Shown piece by piece: positions 9,443 through 19,594 of a DNA stretch of 64,000 nt; position 1 is the first letter of the stretch; every line of letters begins with the position of its first letter. Below the pieces are notes generated by a model, which was not told the origin of the DNA, did no database searches, and saw only the letters and a program-made list of their open reading frames with translations. Origin of the DNA: Desulfurococcaceae archaeon (GTDB taxonomy: Archaea > Thermoproteota > Thermoprotei_A > Sulfolobales > Desulfurococcaceae); assembly GCA_038888155.1 (NCBI GenBank), contig JAWAJB010000001.1:160001-224000 (forward strand). The letters run 5' to 3'. The position numbers and the translations under genes were made by a program.

Positions 9443-10336
9443 GTGAAACAGCAAATGCTAGTATACTACGGTGATCTTAAAATTATCGAATACCCCGGCG
9501 TAGTAATACGCAATGGCCTGCTCGTAAAGCCGATTTACGTGTATGTAGGCGAACTCGAGAGGGGATTAATTGGGGGGAATATCCCGATTACGAGGCCTGT
9601 AGTTTTAGGCTCTACAGGAGTTGTAAAAGTAGTTGAAGTGTTCGACAAGTCAACAGAGTACACTGGCAAAATGTGTACAGTCTCCCCTCTGGGCAAAGAT
9701 GGTATTCTCGGGATTGGCGAAGATGGCCTCCTTGCGTCATATGCTTCAATTCACTCTTCACATGTAGATGAAGAAACAACGAACTCAACGCCTTTTGATG
9801 CTATAAGGCCAATAATTAAGCACGGAGCTGAATTGGCGTATAAATCAAGCGAGCCTGTTTTGATAGAGGGATGCGGATTAATAGGCTTGGCAGCAGGGCT
9901 TATCCTTAGATATGGAGGCGTTGAGCCTGTTTTCTACTGTGAGTCCAGTGCTAGAAATGCCTTCGGCTTGAGTTTTCACGTAAATACCCACATTAGTAGC
10001 ATCACAAAAAAGTGGAACACTGTTATCTTGACTGATACCAGCATGCGCTCAAAGCACAGGCTATTGACAGGTGTAGACTACAATAGGCTTGTGATTTCAA
10101 AGTTGACGCTGACAAGTTGGCTTCCAATTAGAGAAACACTTTCCAGCGTTAAAGTAGAGATAGTGGGTAAAAATGAGCGCTGTGATAATATGAATGGGGA
10201 CAACTTCAAAAAAGTCCTCGGCGATGTAACTAAGAACATTAAAGTTTATCAATTGAGCAAGCTAGAGGATTCTATTGGTCTTCTTCCTCCTCGCGGTCTA
10301 GGGAGCATTTTTATATTTAGCCCTAACTTACAATGA
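9443..10336 (+). CDS. Divergent medium-chain (GroES-like) alcohol dehydrogenase homolog
   Basis: PVVLG-x-GVV, LG--DG-LASY and Rossmann GCGLIG; Zn ligands not evident. Confidence 0.6.
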   Translation: MKQQMLVYYGDLKIIEYPGVVIRNGLLVKPIYVYVGELERGLIGGNIPITRPVVLGSTGVVKVVEVFDKSTEYTGKMCTVSPLGKDGILGIGEDGLLASYASIHSSHVDEETTNSTPFDAIRPIIKHGAELAYKSSEPVLIEGCGLIGLAAGLILRYGGVEPVFYCESSARNAFGLSFHVNTHISSITKKWNTVILTDTSMRSKHRLLTGVDYNRLVISKLTLTSWLPIRETLSSVKVEIVGKNERCDNMNGDNFKKVLGDVTKNIKVYQLSKLEDSIGLLPPRGLGSIFIFSPNLQ

Positions 10337-10358
10337 AAAAAGATAAAAAATTAACTAC

Positions 10359-11588
10359 CTAAGCCTCTTTAATTAGTTTTCCTAATCTTGCAATGCCCTC
10401 CTTTATTTGCTCGAAAGTAGGATAGCTGAAGTTGAGCCTCATGCTGTTCTTACCGCTGTTATCGACGTGGAATCCTGAACCAGGAATATATGCTACTCTA
10501 TACTGCTCGACAGACTTGGGTAATAGCGCATCTGCGTCAAATCCCGGCTTATTAACGTAGAGAAACACGAAGAGGCCGCCAATCGGGTTAGAGTGCCATA
10601 CATACTCTGGGAAATTCTCCTTTATTGCATTTAACATTGCTTCCTTCTTAGCTTTATATAGCGGAAGGGCTTTTGCTAAGTTTCTTTCCACGATACCTTG
10701 TTTAATAGCCTCAGCTGTAATTAGCTGATCCACATTTGAGGTGTGTAGATTTACAAATGACTTCACTAACTCGGCCTTTGATATTACATCTTGGTCTCCA
10801 ACTATCCACCCTACCCTCAGGCCTGGAGATAGTATTTTACTGATCGTGCTCGTGTAGACAATGCGGCCTTCTTTATCCATTGCCTTGAGCGGAGTTATGT
10901 CTACGTCTTTCTCGAATACTATATAACTATATGGGTCGTCCTCAAATATGATCAAATCATATTTAGATGCTATTTCGAGGAGGTGTTTCTTTCTCTCTAA
11001 GCTCATCGATACTCCACCGGGGTTCTGTGCGACCGGGATTGTGTATATGTACTTAACTTTCGAAAGCTCCTCCTTAGGTAGAGATGATAACTTTTGCTCT
11101 AATAGGTCAGTCTTCATGCCGTACTCGTCAAATGGAATGCCAATAAAGCGCACTCCTGAGACCTTAAATGCACCTATAGCAGATATGTACGTCGGGTTCT
11201 CCGTTATCACGTAGTCGCCTGGGTTGGCAAATATCTTGCCCACTAGGTAAAGGGACTCTTGGCTGCCAGTGGTGAGAATGATTTCGCTGTTTGGATCGCA
11301 TTTTATTCCCTTTGTTTTATTAACGAAGCTGCATATGGCTTCGCGAGCGTCGAACACTCCCTTTGTCTCTCCATATTGCAGTGCAACTGTGCCGTACTTA
11401 GTTATTACCTCTTTTGCAATTTCACCTATTTCTTCCTTGGGGAAAGTCGCTGGATCGGGATAGCCGCCCGTGAACGTAATCACGTCTTTTAATTTCCTCA
11501 TAATAGCTGCGAGAGCTCTTACTGCAGAAGGTTTCATGCTTAAAGCTAAGGTACTGTAGTACCTAGAGTAGTCAACCACGCATACCAC
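10359..11588 (-). CDS. PLP-dependent class I aminotransferase (AroAT/ARO8-like)
   Basis: GGYPDP, QYG, TTGSQ, ENPTY, QNPGG, EDDPY, SKILSPGLRVGW, RLNFS. Confidence 0.95.
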   Translation of the reverse strand: MVCVVDYSRYYSTLALSMKPSAVRALAAIMRKLKDVITFTGGYPDPATFPKEEIGEIAKEVITKYGTVALQYGETKGVFDAREAICSFVNKTKGIKCDPNSEIILTTGSQESLYLVGKIFANPGDYVITENPTYISAIGAFKVSGVRFIGIPFDEYGMKTDLLEQKLSSLPKEELSKVKYIYTIPVAQNPGGVSMSLERKKHLLEIASKYDLIIFEDDPYSYIVFEKDVDITPLKAMDKEGRIVYTSTISKILSPGLRVGWIVGDQDVISKAELVKSFVNLHTSNVDQLITAEAIKQGIVERNLAKALPLYKAKKEAMLNAIKENFPEYVWHSNPIGGLFVFLYVNKPGFDADALLPKSVEQYRVAYIPGSGFHVDNSGKNSMRLNFSYPTFEQIKEGIARLGKLIKEA

Positions 11589-12130
11589 CGGTAGTTTTTA
11601 TAATGTTTTAAGCTTATAAATTTATAGTAGTTTGAATTATAAGTAATTATAGAATAAAATAAATAGGAAAGGCTAAAATTATCATATTCCTTAGATGAAA
11701 TATATATAAAAGATATGCTTACAGCTAAAAAATTACTATATATATCCTAACATATTTCGCTCAACACCGTGATAAAACAAGGCTAATTAGTTCACGCGCT
11801 TTTTGCAGGAGTCAAGATCAAGGTGAGAAGTTTGAGGTTTGGTTTAATTAGTCATGTAAATTTATGGGGGTTGGTATAAGCGGTAAAAATTGTTACTAGA
11901 ATAAATTGCTAAATAAAAATATTCCTGCCCGTTTAAATTGCAGTTTGGGAATAAAACGGGCTACTCTTAGGAAATTTCACAAGATAGTTGAACTATAATC
12001 AAAGATCATCTAGCTTCTCCTAGCGTAGCTCCTTGGTAACCTCTTAAGTTCGTGGCGAAGGGATATTAACATTGGATTCATTGATGGAGAGAGGCTTAAC
12101 GAGGGAGGAAAAACACGGCTGTCTAAATCT

Positions 12131-12535
12131 CTATAAAGTAGGCCTATATGCTATACCGTAGTATATAAGTCCGTGCTCACCGTCGCTAGATACCTTTCTT
12201 ATTACAGGCTCCATCAGCATTCCAATGCTAAGCTCAGCTAACAAAACATCAGTTAAAGGAGCCACTATTCTCGCCTTAGTGTTTACTGTTTCAAGTAAAC
12301 CCAATACAACTGGTTTCCTGTCCTCGAAGCCATCCATGGCATTATAAATTACTGTCCAGGTGATTAGCTTGGCCCTCTCGTTAATTAACTCAATATACTC
12401 AATTTCCCTCGACCCACATGACCTGCACTTATCTGCCGGCGGATACAGTGTTCTTCCGCATGCTCTGCATTTGCTGGCTACTAGCCTATATCTGTGGACT
12501 CTTGTTCTCCAAAACGGGGGTATAATTCCCTTCAT
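12131..12535 (-). CDS. DUF35 Zn-ribbon/OB-fold protein (thiolase/HMG-CoA synthase scaffold)
   Basis: CRACG-x3-YPP...CRSCG Zn ribbon + OB fold + GLIYYG; directly downstream of HMG-CoA synthase. Confidence 0.9.
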   Translation of the reverse strand: MKGIIPPFWRTRVHRYRLVASKCRACGRTLYPPADKCRSCGSREIEYIELINERAKLITWTVIYNAMDGFEDRKPVVLGLLETVNTKARIVAPLTDVLLAELSIGMLMEPVIRKVSSDGEHGLIYYGIAYRPTL

Positions 12536-12554
12536 ATTTCAAACACCTCACATA

Positions 12555-13610
12555 TCACTCTCTGTATATCAACCCTCTGTACTTAGAGTAAAACGCGTAG
12601 TTTATGGGGCTTTTCCTAGCAAGGTAGTCATTAACTGTTGGGGCCTTATCTATTTTCGTTGATATGTTATCTGCAACAACGAGGCTGAACGCATCTGAGC
12701 CCGCCCCGCTACCGAAAGGAGCTAATAGAATGCGTTGTCCTGGCTTCGCCTGATCCAATATTCTCGCTAATCCTATTAAAGCTGATGCATTATAGCTGTT
12801 GCCTATAAATGGAGTTACAAGACCTTGTACTACCTTTTCCTTGGGGAACCCCAGCATTCTAGCAACTCGAAGTGGGAAAGTTCCATTTGGTTGGTGAAAT
12901 ACAGCGTAATTGAAGTCGTCGGGTTTGAGACCTGTCTTCTCGAATAGCGTTTTAACAGCTCCAATAATGTGCTTAAAGTAAGCGGGTTCACCTGTAAAAG
13001 CTTCACCGTGAGATGGGTACTTTGAAAAGTCCCTTCTCCAAAAATCGGGAGTGTCAGTAACGTAAGTTGCACTAGCCTCGAAGTATGCTACTGCCTCTTC
13101 TCTTCTCCCTATAACAAAGGCAGCTGCAGCTGATGATGCTGTGAACTCGAGTACATCACCAGGATTTGCCTGAGCAGTATCGCTACCAATTACTAAAGTA
13201 TACTTTGTTAAACCCGAGGCAACCGTTCCTATGCTTACCCTTATTGCCTCGCTAGCAGCCCTACATGCGAATTCCCAGTCTGTCGCCATTGTATGTGGGG
13301 TAATGCCAAGAGCCTCTGCTATGATGGTCGCAGAGGGCTTAACTGCGTAGGGCTTGCTCTCGGTTCCAAACCACACTGCTCCTATATCCTTTGGATTTAC
13401 TCCTGCTCTCCTAAGGGCATTCCTAGCAGCTTCCCATCCCATTGTGACGGCATCTTCATCGAATCCTCCTACACTCTTCTCTTGAACTCCAAGTTCTTCG
13501 GGTTGATCCGGGCTAAATCCCCAGACTTCGGCAATTTCTTTTAAACTTAATCGCCACCTTGGAATGTACGCCCCCCAGCCAACGATGCCGACAAGTTCCT
13601 CGGGCTTCAA
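12555..13610 (-). CDS. hmgS: Hydroxymethylglutaryl-CoA synthase (archaeal)
   Basis: GTESKPYAVKP, EFAC (catalytic Cys), DTPDFWRR, FHQPN, GNSY, FGSGAGSD. Confidence 0.95.
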   Translation of the reverse strand: MKPEELVGIVGWGAYIPRWRLSLKEIAEVWGFSPDQPEELGVQEKSVGGFDEDAVTMGWEAARNALRRAGVNPKDIGAVWFGTESKPYAVKPSATIIAEALGITPHTMATDWEFACRAASEAIRVSIGTVASGLTKYTLVIGSDTAQANPGDVLEFTASSAAAAFVIGRREEAVAYFEASATYVTDTPDFWRRDFSKYPSHGEAFTGEPAYFKHIIGAVKTLFEKTGLKPDDFNYAVFHQPNGTFPLRVARMLGFPKEKVVQGLVTPFIGNSYNASALIGLARILDQAKPGQRILLAPFGSGAGSDAFSLVVADNISTKIDKAPTVNDYLARKSPINYAFYSKYRGLIYRE

Positions 13611-13680
13611 AAATATGCACCTTGGTAATAATAGCTCGGATTAAAATATAACTTTATCGCCGAGAGGTGCAGATCTGGTT

Positions 13681-14745
13681 TTGGTAAGTATTGTGGAACA
13701 ACTCAATATCTTAGGAAGATTTAGCAATGGCAGATTAATATATAGAGTACCGAAAAATGCACCTACATTCGGTTATATCGCGTTTGGAATTGTTGATAGG
13801 GGCACTAATGTGCTTCAAGTTAGGCCGACAACTATCTGTCCGCAAAACTGTATTTTCTGCAGCGTTGATGCAGGCACGCGCTCAACTCATAGGTGGGCTG
13901 AATACATTGTAGAACCAGAGGCAATCGTAGAAGGCACCAAGGCGGCAATCGCCGAGAAGGAGAGCAACGTTGAAGCTCTTCTCGATACTGTTGGAGACGT
14001 GCTCACGTATCCTCGCCTAGTCGATCTAGTGAAATCTCTCCGTGAGACTGGGGGCGTTAAGTCCATAGCACTAGAGACTCATGGGTTGTTGCTTTCTAAG
14101 CAACTAGTAGATAGATTAGCAGAGGCCGGTCTCAGTAGGATAAACCTTAGTTTAGAAACCCTGAATGCTGAAAAGGCACGCTACCTCTACGGTACAAGTG
14201 CATATAGGTTGGATAGAGTAGTAGAGGTCGCAGAATACGTCGCCAGGGAAACTCCGATTGACCTTCACGTTTCACCCGTCTGGCTACCGGGAATAAATGA
14301 TAAAGATATTGTTGATGTAATAAATTGGGCTTTGCGAATAGGGGCAGGAAAGAAATGGCCTCCGGTTAGTATCCAAAAATTCGTAAAGCATAAACACGGC
14401 AGAGGGTATGGTCTAAGGGAGGTAAGCTGGGGTGCCTTTTGGCATTTCATTGAAGACCTCCAGAGAAAACTCGGCACAAGGCTAAAGTGGAATATGAGCG
14501 AGTGGGGGATGCACTATACTAAGAGAGTGCGTAACTTCTTGCGAGAAGGAGACATAGTCGAAGTTAATGTTATCTCACGAGGATGGCTACGTGGAGAGTA
14601 CCTAGGAAGCTATCAGCGCAGATCCCTAGTGGCTCTTTTCTCAGATCAAGGGTGGTTGAGGATAGGTCAGAAGTACCTAGCTAAGGTACTTAGCAATAAA
14701 GATGGGTTAAATCTCGCAAAAGTTGTTAAGCCGTGTAGGTTTTAG
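13681..14745 (+). CDS. Radical SAM protein with C-terminal TRAM-like domain (COG2100-like)
   Basis: FGIVDRGTNVLQVRP and CPQNCIFCSVD (CxxxCxxC). Confidence 0.9.
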   Translation: MVSIVEQLNILGRFSNGRLIYRVPKNAPTFGYIAFGIVDRGTNVLQVRPTTICPQNCIFCSVDAGTRSTHRWAEYIVEPEAIVEGTKAAIAEKESNVEALLDTVGDVLTYPRLVDLVKSLRETGGVKSIALETHGLLLSKQLVDRLAEAGLSRINLSLETLNAEKARYLYGTSAYRLDRVVEVAEYVARETPIDLHVSPVWLPGINDKDIVDVINWALRIGAGKKWPPVSIQKFVKHKHGRGYGLREVSWGAFWHFIEDLQRKLGTRLKWNMSEWGMHYTKRVRNFLREGDIVEVNVISRGWLRGEYLGSYQRRSLVALFSDQGWLRIGQKYLAKVLSNKDGLNLAKVVKPCRF

Positions 14746-14751
14746 ATCTGC

Positions 14752-14970
14752 CTATTTTTTTCTCTTAGAGGTAGAGATCAATGATACTACCCCGTGTATT
14801 GAAAGGGCCAACCCCATTATGGACAGCGCATAGCACAATAGCAGAAGCGGAATGTTAGAAGGAATTACCCTTATAACGGCGAGGAATGTGACAAACCAAC
14901 CAGTGAATAGCATGAAAGATCCAATCATGATCTCAAGTTTTTCCGAGTATTTCTCCATCCTACTCGGCAT
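14752..14970 (-). CDS. Small two-TM membrane protein at end of peptide ABC operon
   Basis: Two hydrophobic helices; overlaps the 3' end of oppF. Confidence 0.6.
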   Translation of the reverse strand: MPSRMEKYSEKLEIMIGSFMLFTGWFVTFLAVIRVIPSNIPLLLLCYALSIMGLALSIHGVVSLISTSKRKK

Positions 14971-15970
14971 AAAGCCAACACTTCACTTTACTCCCACTAG
15001 AAAGGTTTGTCATGGGTGGCTCCTCTATTTTACATTTATCTCTAACGTGTGGGCACCTCGGCCACAGCCTACAACCTTGTGGAGGCTTTATTAAGTTAGG
15101 CGGTTCGCCCGGCAAGGTTTCCTTTAATATGTGCCTGTTCTCAGGATCGGGATCTGGTAGAACGTTTATAAGCGCCCTAGTGTATGGGTGTTTTGGACTA
15201 TAGATTAGCTCCCTCGAGCTCCCCATCTCTACTACTTGGCCAGCGTACATTACCATTATTTCGTCAGAGAAATACTTTGCAGTTGCAAAATCGTGAGTTA
15301 TGTATATGACCGTTAGATCATATTTGTTTTTTAACTCTCTGAACATTGTCAATATCTCAACACGTACAGACGCATCTAGCATTGAAACTGGTTCGTCGGC
15401 AACTACTAATTTGGGGCCCAGCACAAGTGCCCTAGCAATAGCCACTCTCTGCAACTGCCCACCGCTTAGCATGTGGGGGTATTTATTTAAGAAATCCTCG
15501 GGGGGAGTAAGTCCTACTTCTTTGAGTATTTTGTAAATCCTCTCCAACCTCTCTGTTTTCTGGACTCCATGTATCCTCATAGGCTCCTCTAGGATTGCTT
15601 TTATAGTCATAAATGGCGGCATTGCACCGTATGGATCCTGTTGAATTAAGCCTACCTTTGTAGTGTAAATTTTCCTCAAAGTAGTTCTAGAGACCTTGGT
15701 GATATCAACTCCATCAAACAATATATTACCGCTGTAGGCTGGTACAAGTCCCATAATAGCCCTCGCCAACGTTGTTTTTCCACAACCGGACTCGCCAACA
15801 ATGGCCAATATCTTACCTTTAGGTACACTAAATGAAACTCCATCAACTGCCCTTACATATCCTGCTATTGTGAGAAACTTTCTTATAGGGTACCATACCT
15901 TGAGGTCTTTGACTGCCAATATATCTGTATATTTTCCTACCTCCTTAGCAGGTAGACTATTTTCCACCAT
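14960..15970 (-). CDS. oppF: Oligo/dipeptide ABC transporter ATP-binding protein
   Basis: GESGCGKT, LSGGQLQR, DEP, HPYT and C-terminal Cys cluster. Confidence 0.93.
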   Translation of the reverse strand: MVENSLPAKEVGKYTDILAVKDLKVWYPIRKFLTIAGYVRAVDGVSFSVPKGKILAIVGESGCGKTTLARAIMGLVPAYSGNILFDGVDITKVSRTTLRKIYTTKVGLIQQDPYGAMPPFMTIKAILEEPMRIHGVQKTERLERIYKILKEVGLTPPEDFLNKYPHMLSGGQLQRVAIARALVLGPKLVVADEPVSMLDASVRVEILTMFRELKNKYDLTVIYITHDFATAKYFSDEIMVMYAGQVVEMGSSRELIYSPKHPYTRALINVLPDPDPENRHILKETLPGEPPNLIKPPQGCRLWPRCPHVRDKCKIEEPPMTNLSSGSKVKCWLYAE

Positions 15971-16916
15971 AAAGCCAACACCTCACGTATTCCTCTGGTC
16001 CGAGTTTAGTTAGAGGAGGAGGCTGTTCACATATAGCCATTGACCTAGGGCACCTAGGCCTGAACCTACACCCTTTCGGTGGACTTATTAAACTAGGAGG
16101 AGTACCAGGTATAGAGGTTATTGGGGCGTCTGATCGTAGCCTTGGGACGCTCCCCAAGAGGCCCTTGCTGTAGGGATGGAGTGGATCAACATAGGTTTTC
16201 TCTGCGGGCCCAAGCTCCACTATCTGGCCGGCGTACATTACAGACACTTTATCAGCCAATTCGCTTGAGGTGGCTATATCATGCGTTATAAGTATGTAAG
16301 TTACATTCATCTTCTTTTTTAACACCTTTAACATGTTCATAATATTTGCTTGAGTCATTACATCGAGCGCTGACGTTGGCTCGTCTAATATAACTACTCT
16401 AGGGTTCGTTATCAGGGATAGGGCTATTACTATTCGTTGCCTCATCCCACCGCTTAATTCAAATGAGTACCTCCACAAGAAGTCTTCAGCTATTCCTACT
16501 TGCTTAACAATTTCTTTTGCCTTCTCTACCGCTTCCATCCTAGGCGTCTGAAAGTGCACTACTAGAGGCTCGATTAGGTGATCAATTACTTTTATTACGG
16601 GATTTAGAGAGTTTATTGCAGCCTGTGATACATAAGTTATCTTCCTCCACTTTATTTTCCTATCAAACTCTGAGCTGTCCATACCAATGGTTTCAACTCC
16701 ATCAACTACTACGCTACCCGATAATTCAGCAACGTTTCTTGGAAGAAATCTTATTATAGCGCGAGCGAGGGATGTTTTACCGCAACCGGATTCCCCGATT
16801 AGCGCTATTGCCTCCCGCTCCCTAAGAGAGAAAGTTGCATCCTCTACTGCCCGCACAATTCCGCTCATAGTCCTATAGTACAGCTTTAAGTCACTAACTT
16901 TAAGTACCTCTGACAA
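15957..16916 (-). CDS. oppD: Oligo/dipeptide ABC transporter ATP-binding protein
   Basis: GESGCGKT, LSGGMRQR, DEPT, HPYS and CRFRPRC tail. Confidence 0.93.
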   Translation of the reverse strand: MSEVLKVSDLKLYYRTMSGIVRAVEDATFSLREREAIALIGESGCGKTSLARAIIRFLPRNVAELSGSVVVDGVETIGMDSSEFDRKIKWRKITYVSQAAINSLNPVIKVIDHLIEPLVVHFQTPRMEAVEKAKEIVKQVGIAEDFLWRYSFELSGGMRQRIVIALSLITNPRVVILDEPTSALDVMTQANIMNMLKVLKKKMNVTYILITHDIATSSELADKVSVMYAGQIVELGPAEKTYVDPLHPYSKGLLGSVPRLRSDAPITSIPGTPPSLISPPKGCRFRPRCPRSMAICEQPPPLTKLGPEEYVRCWLYGGK

Positions 16917-16927
16917 GCTTTCACCAC

Positions 16928-18370
16928 CTATACTTCCCTTAACCTAGGGTTGAATACGCGGTCTAGGGTAAAACCTATGGAGGCAAACGCTATTGCCATC
17001 AAGAACAGCATTAATGCTGGCGCAAGTATCCAGTGATAGTATCCCTGAGGCAAAGCGGCGTACTTGTACGCCTCATCTAATACCTTCCCCCAAGTTATTA
17101 CCCTGGGATCAGAGATTCCCAGTATTGCGAGAGCGGCTTCAAGGAAGACGAAGTTAGGAATTGCCGTAACGATATTGGGTATAAGTACTGGAAGTACCCG
17201 TGGAACCATGTACCTGAAAATAATTCTAAAGTTACCTGCTCCATATGCCCTAGCTGCTTCTATGTAGGGCATTTCCTTGATTTGCAGAAACATTGCCCTC
17301 ATGCTCTTAAGTCCACCGCTCCACGCATTGAATAATACTATAATCCACAAAAGTGTCCACAATGTAAAGCCATAGAACAGCCATAGCATTATAATAGTTG
17401 GTAGGAAAGGCAAGATCATAAACGTTTCATTAACTCTCTGGATAACAGTGTCAATTATTCCGCCGAACCACGCACTAATGGCAGCTATTATCATTTCAAG
17501 TAACACTGTTAAAAGAGATGCTGTTAACCCAAAGGAAATTGCTATGGGCGCCCCCCATGCAATAGCCATGAATAAATCTCTTCCGAGTCTATCTGTTCCT
17601 GCAAGTCCATAGCTTGTCCCGTAAATTATGAGTCTCACTTCAAGAGTCGAGTTTATATCGCCACTCCAAGTCTCAAGTCTAAGTTCGTACGTGCCTTTTA
17701 ACAACCTATATTTTCCGCTTTTAGCCAAATAATCCTCGTCAGCGAATAGCACTTTGAGCGGGTCGAGAGCGGCGGGGTTTAACTTAACTCCGTAAATTTT
17801 CTCTACCTGATCTACATAGCTTAGTAAATATGTTGGTATCTCCCCTGGTTTTACTTCTATGCTCGCGAACTTCACCCCTCCTCTATAGTAGCCTGTATCT
17901 ATTGGCACGGAAATGCCGCTAGGCTTTCTCCAAGTGATGTTCACGTATACTGTATCATTTGTGCTTATGAATAGCTTATAGGCTACCTTTGATGGAAAAT
18001 CATCGTAATTGTACTCCACGGTCCCCCTCATTAAGCCAATAACAGCGAAAGGAGTTCCAAATCGTTCGATTACTTGCCTATGCTTTGAGAAGCCCTGGCT
18101 TATACTGCTATCCAAGACCAGTGAGCCTTCAAGTTCTCTTGTACCTGTAAACATAGTAATCCAGCTAGGTTTCGCGTAAGATGGGTACTCAAGCCAGGAC
18201 TCAGGGCTGTTCCACTTGTATATCGCTTCGTCATAGGGCCAAGTCACCATTGCATATATTGATAAAGCCGCGAAGAAAGCTATTAGAATTACTCCCACAA
18301 AGAAGGATTTATAGTGTAGTAGTCGCCTCAGCGTAGCGATCTCTCTGCGGAAAGCCATATTACTCGCCAC
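16928..18370 (-). CDS. oppC: Peptide ABC transporter permease with large extracellular domain
   Basis: GTDRLGRD, YIEAARAYGA (EAA loop), EAALAILG, WGKVL; start may be ATG 18358. Confidence 0.92.
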   Translation of the reverse strand: MASNMAFRREIATLRRLLHYKSFFVGVILIAFFAALSIYAMVTWPYDEAIYKWNSPESWLEYPSYAKPSWITMFTGTRELEGSLVLDSSISQGFSKHRQVIERFGTPFAVIGLMRGTVEYNYDDFPSKVAYKLFISTNDTVYVNITWRKPSGISVPIDTGYYRGGVKFASIEVKPGEIPTYLLSYVDQVEKIYGVKLNPAALDPLKVLFADEDYLAKSGKYRLLKGTYELRLETWSGDINSTLEVRLIIYGTSYGLAGTDRLGRDLFMAIAWGAPIAISFGLTASLLTVLLEMIIAAISAWFGGIIDTVIQRVNETFMILPFLPTIIMLWLFYGFTLWTLLWIIVLFNAWSGGLKSMRAMFLQIKEMPYIEAARAYGAGNFRIIFRYMVPRVLPVLIPNIVTAIPNFVFLEAALAILGISDPRVITWGKVLDEAYKYAALPQGYYHWILAPALMLFLMAIAFASIGFTLDRVFNPRLREV

Positions 18371-19478
18371 CCACCCTCACGCGCGGATCAACTATTCCGT
18401 ATACTAAGTCAAGAGCAATTACGCTTACTGCTAGTAGATATGCGTATATTGTTACTATTCCTATGATAACCGGTGGATCCGGGGCCTGTATTGCCTTGGC
18501 GAGGACTGAGCCAAGCCCTGGCCACTGAAATACAGACTCTGTAATTATTGCGCCCATCCAGGAGCCTATTATTGTTAGCACTAACGTAGTTATTATCGGC
18601 GGCAGCGTCGGCCTCAATATATACCTACGCTCAATTATTCTATTAGGTATGCCTCTAGCTTTAGCATACTCTACGTATTCTTCAGTTGAGAACATGAGAA
18701 AATATGTTCTGTAATAATATATACCTATTGGGGCGTATGCAATGAGCCAAGAGAGCGTTGGTAGCGCCATGTGCCAAAGCACGTCAATGGCGTAGAGCAG
18801 AGTGTCCTCAGGGGGAAGCGGACTAACCATTCCTCTACTAGGGAAAATCCTAAGCCCAAAGGAGAATATCATAATTAAGAACAAGCCATAAAACCAACCG
18901 GGTAGCGAGGAGAAAGGCGCTAGACTTACAAGGACTTTATCTAGAAGAGAGCCGTATTTCCTTGAAAGCGTTAATCCTCCAAGTATTTCTATAACAAAAA
19001 TCAACATGTTGGCTGTAGTAAATAGCAAAATGGTAGGAGGAAGGCGTTCAGCTATGATATCCCATACCCTGTGCGAGCCCTTATCGCTTGATAGCACCAT
19101 GGCTCTCCCTAGGCTCAAAGTCAAAGCATCTCTGAGATAGTAGAACAACCTGATTAAGAAGGGTTTATCGAGGCCTTTCTTGATAATTTCTAATCTAACC
19201 TGTTCTTCTACCCACTCCTGCTTGCATAATTGGATGCACGTAGAGTTTTCAGAACCACATCGTTGGGTACACATGTTTTCAACGCCTTTCCTAACGTTCT
19301 CGCTTAGGAACATCTGATTTACAGTAAAGCGTGCCTCGTATTCAACAATCTCATCTACTTTTCCACCTAGATTGGCCACCACAATAACTAAAAGCACAGC
19401 TACTACGAGGGATGCTGCAACAACCACCGTTCTTAATGCCAAGTATCTTGCAAGCCTTTTAGCCTCGCCGGTTTTCAA
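18360..19478 (-). CDS. oppB: Peptide ABC transporter permease
   Basis: ERLPPT, YVEYAKARG, ITESVFQWPGLG, DPRVR. Confidence 0.93.
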   Translation of the reverse strand: MKTGEAKRLARYLALRTVVVAASLVVAVLLVIVVANLGGKVDEIVEYEARFTVNQMFLSENVRKGVENMCTQRCGSENSTCIQLCKQEWVEEQVRLEIIKKGLDKPFLIRLFYYLRDALTLSLGRAMVLSSDKGSHRVWDIIAERLPPTILLFTTANMLIFVIEILGGLTLSRKYGSLLDKVLVSLAPFSSLPGWFYGLFLIMIFSFGLRIFPSRGMVSPLPPEDTLLYAIDVLWHMALPTLSWLIAYAPIGIYYYRTYFLMFSTEEYVEYAKARGIPNRIIERRYILRPTLPPIITTLVLTIIGSWMGAIITESVFQWPGLGSVLAKAIQAPDPPVIIGIVTIYAYLLAVSVIALDLVYGIVDPRVRVGGE

Positions 19479-19502
19479 TTAAAAGACACCTATAGACTAT
19501 TT

Positions 19503-19511
19503 TTGTTACAA
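19503..19511. promoter_or_regulatory. Putative operator TTGTTACAA at oppB promoter
   Basis: Same palindrome, overlapping the inferred TSS about 25 nt downstream of minus-strand GATATAAAA (about 19531-19539). Confidence 0.35.
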
Positions 19512-19579
19512 GGTAATGCCTTCGCGTCCTTTTATATCCAGGAATAAAATATAAAGAGATTTTATAAATAAAAAGTTTT

Positions 19580-19592
19580 TAAATGAAAAAAC
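19580..19592 (-). terminator. Oligo-T terminator after oppA
   Basis: Minus-strand TTTTTT-CATTT immediately after the oppA stop; an internal TATA for oppB follows. Confidence 0.45.
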
Positions 19593-19594
19593 TT

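Noticed and set aside
12078-12128. Possible degenerate C/D sRNA (TTGATGG...CTAA)
   Set aside because: All four boxes deviate from consensus and I recognised no target.
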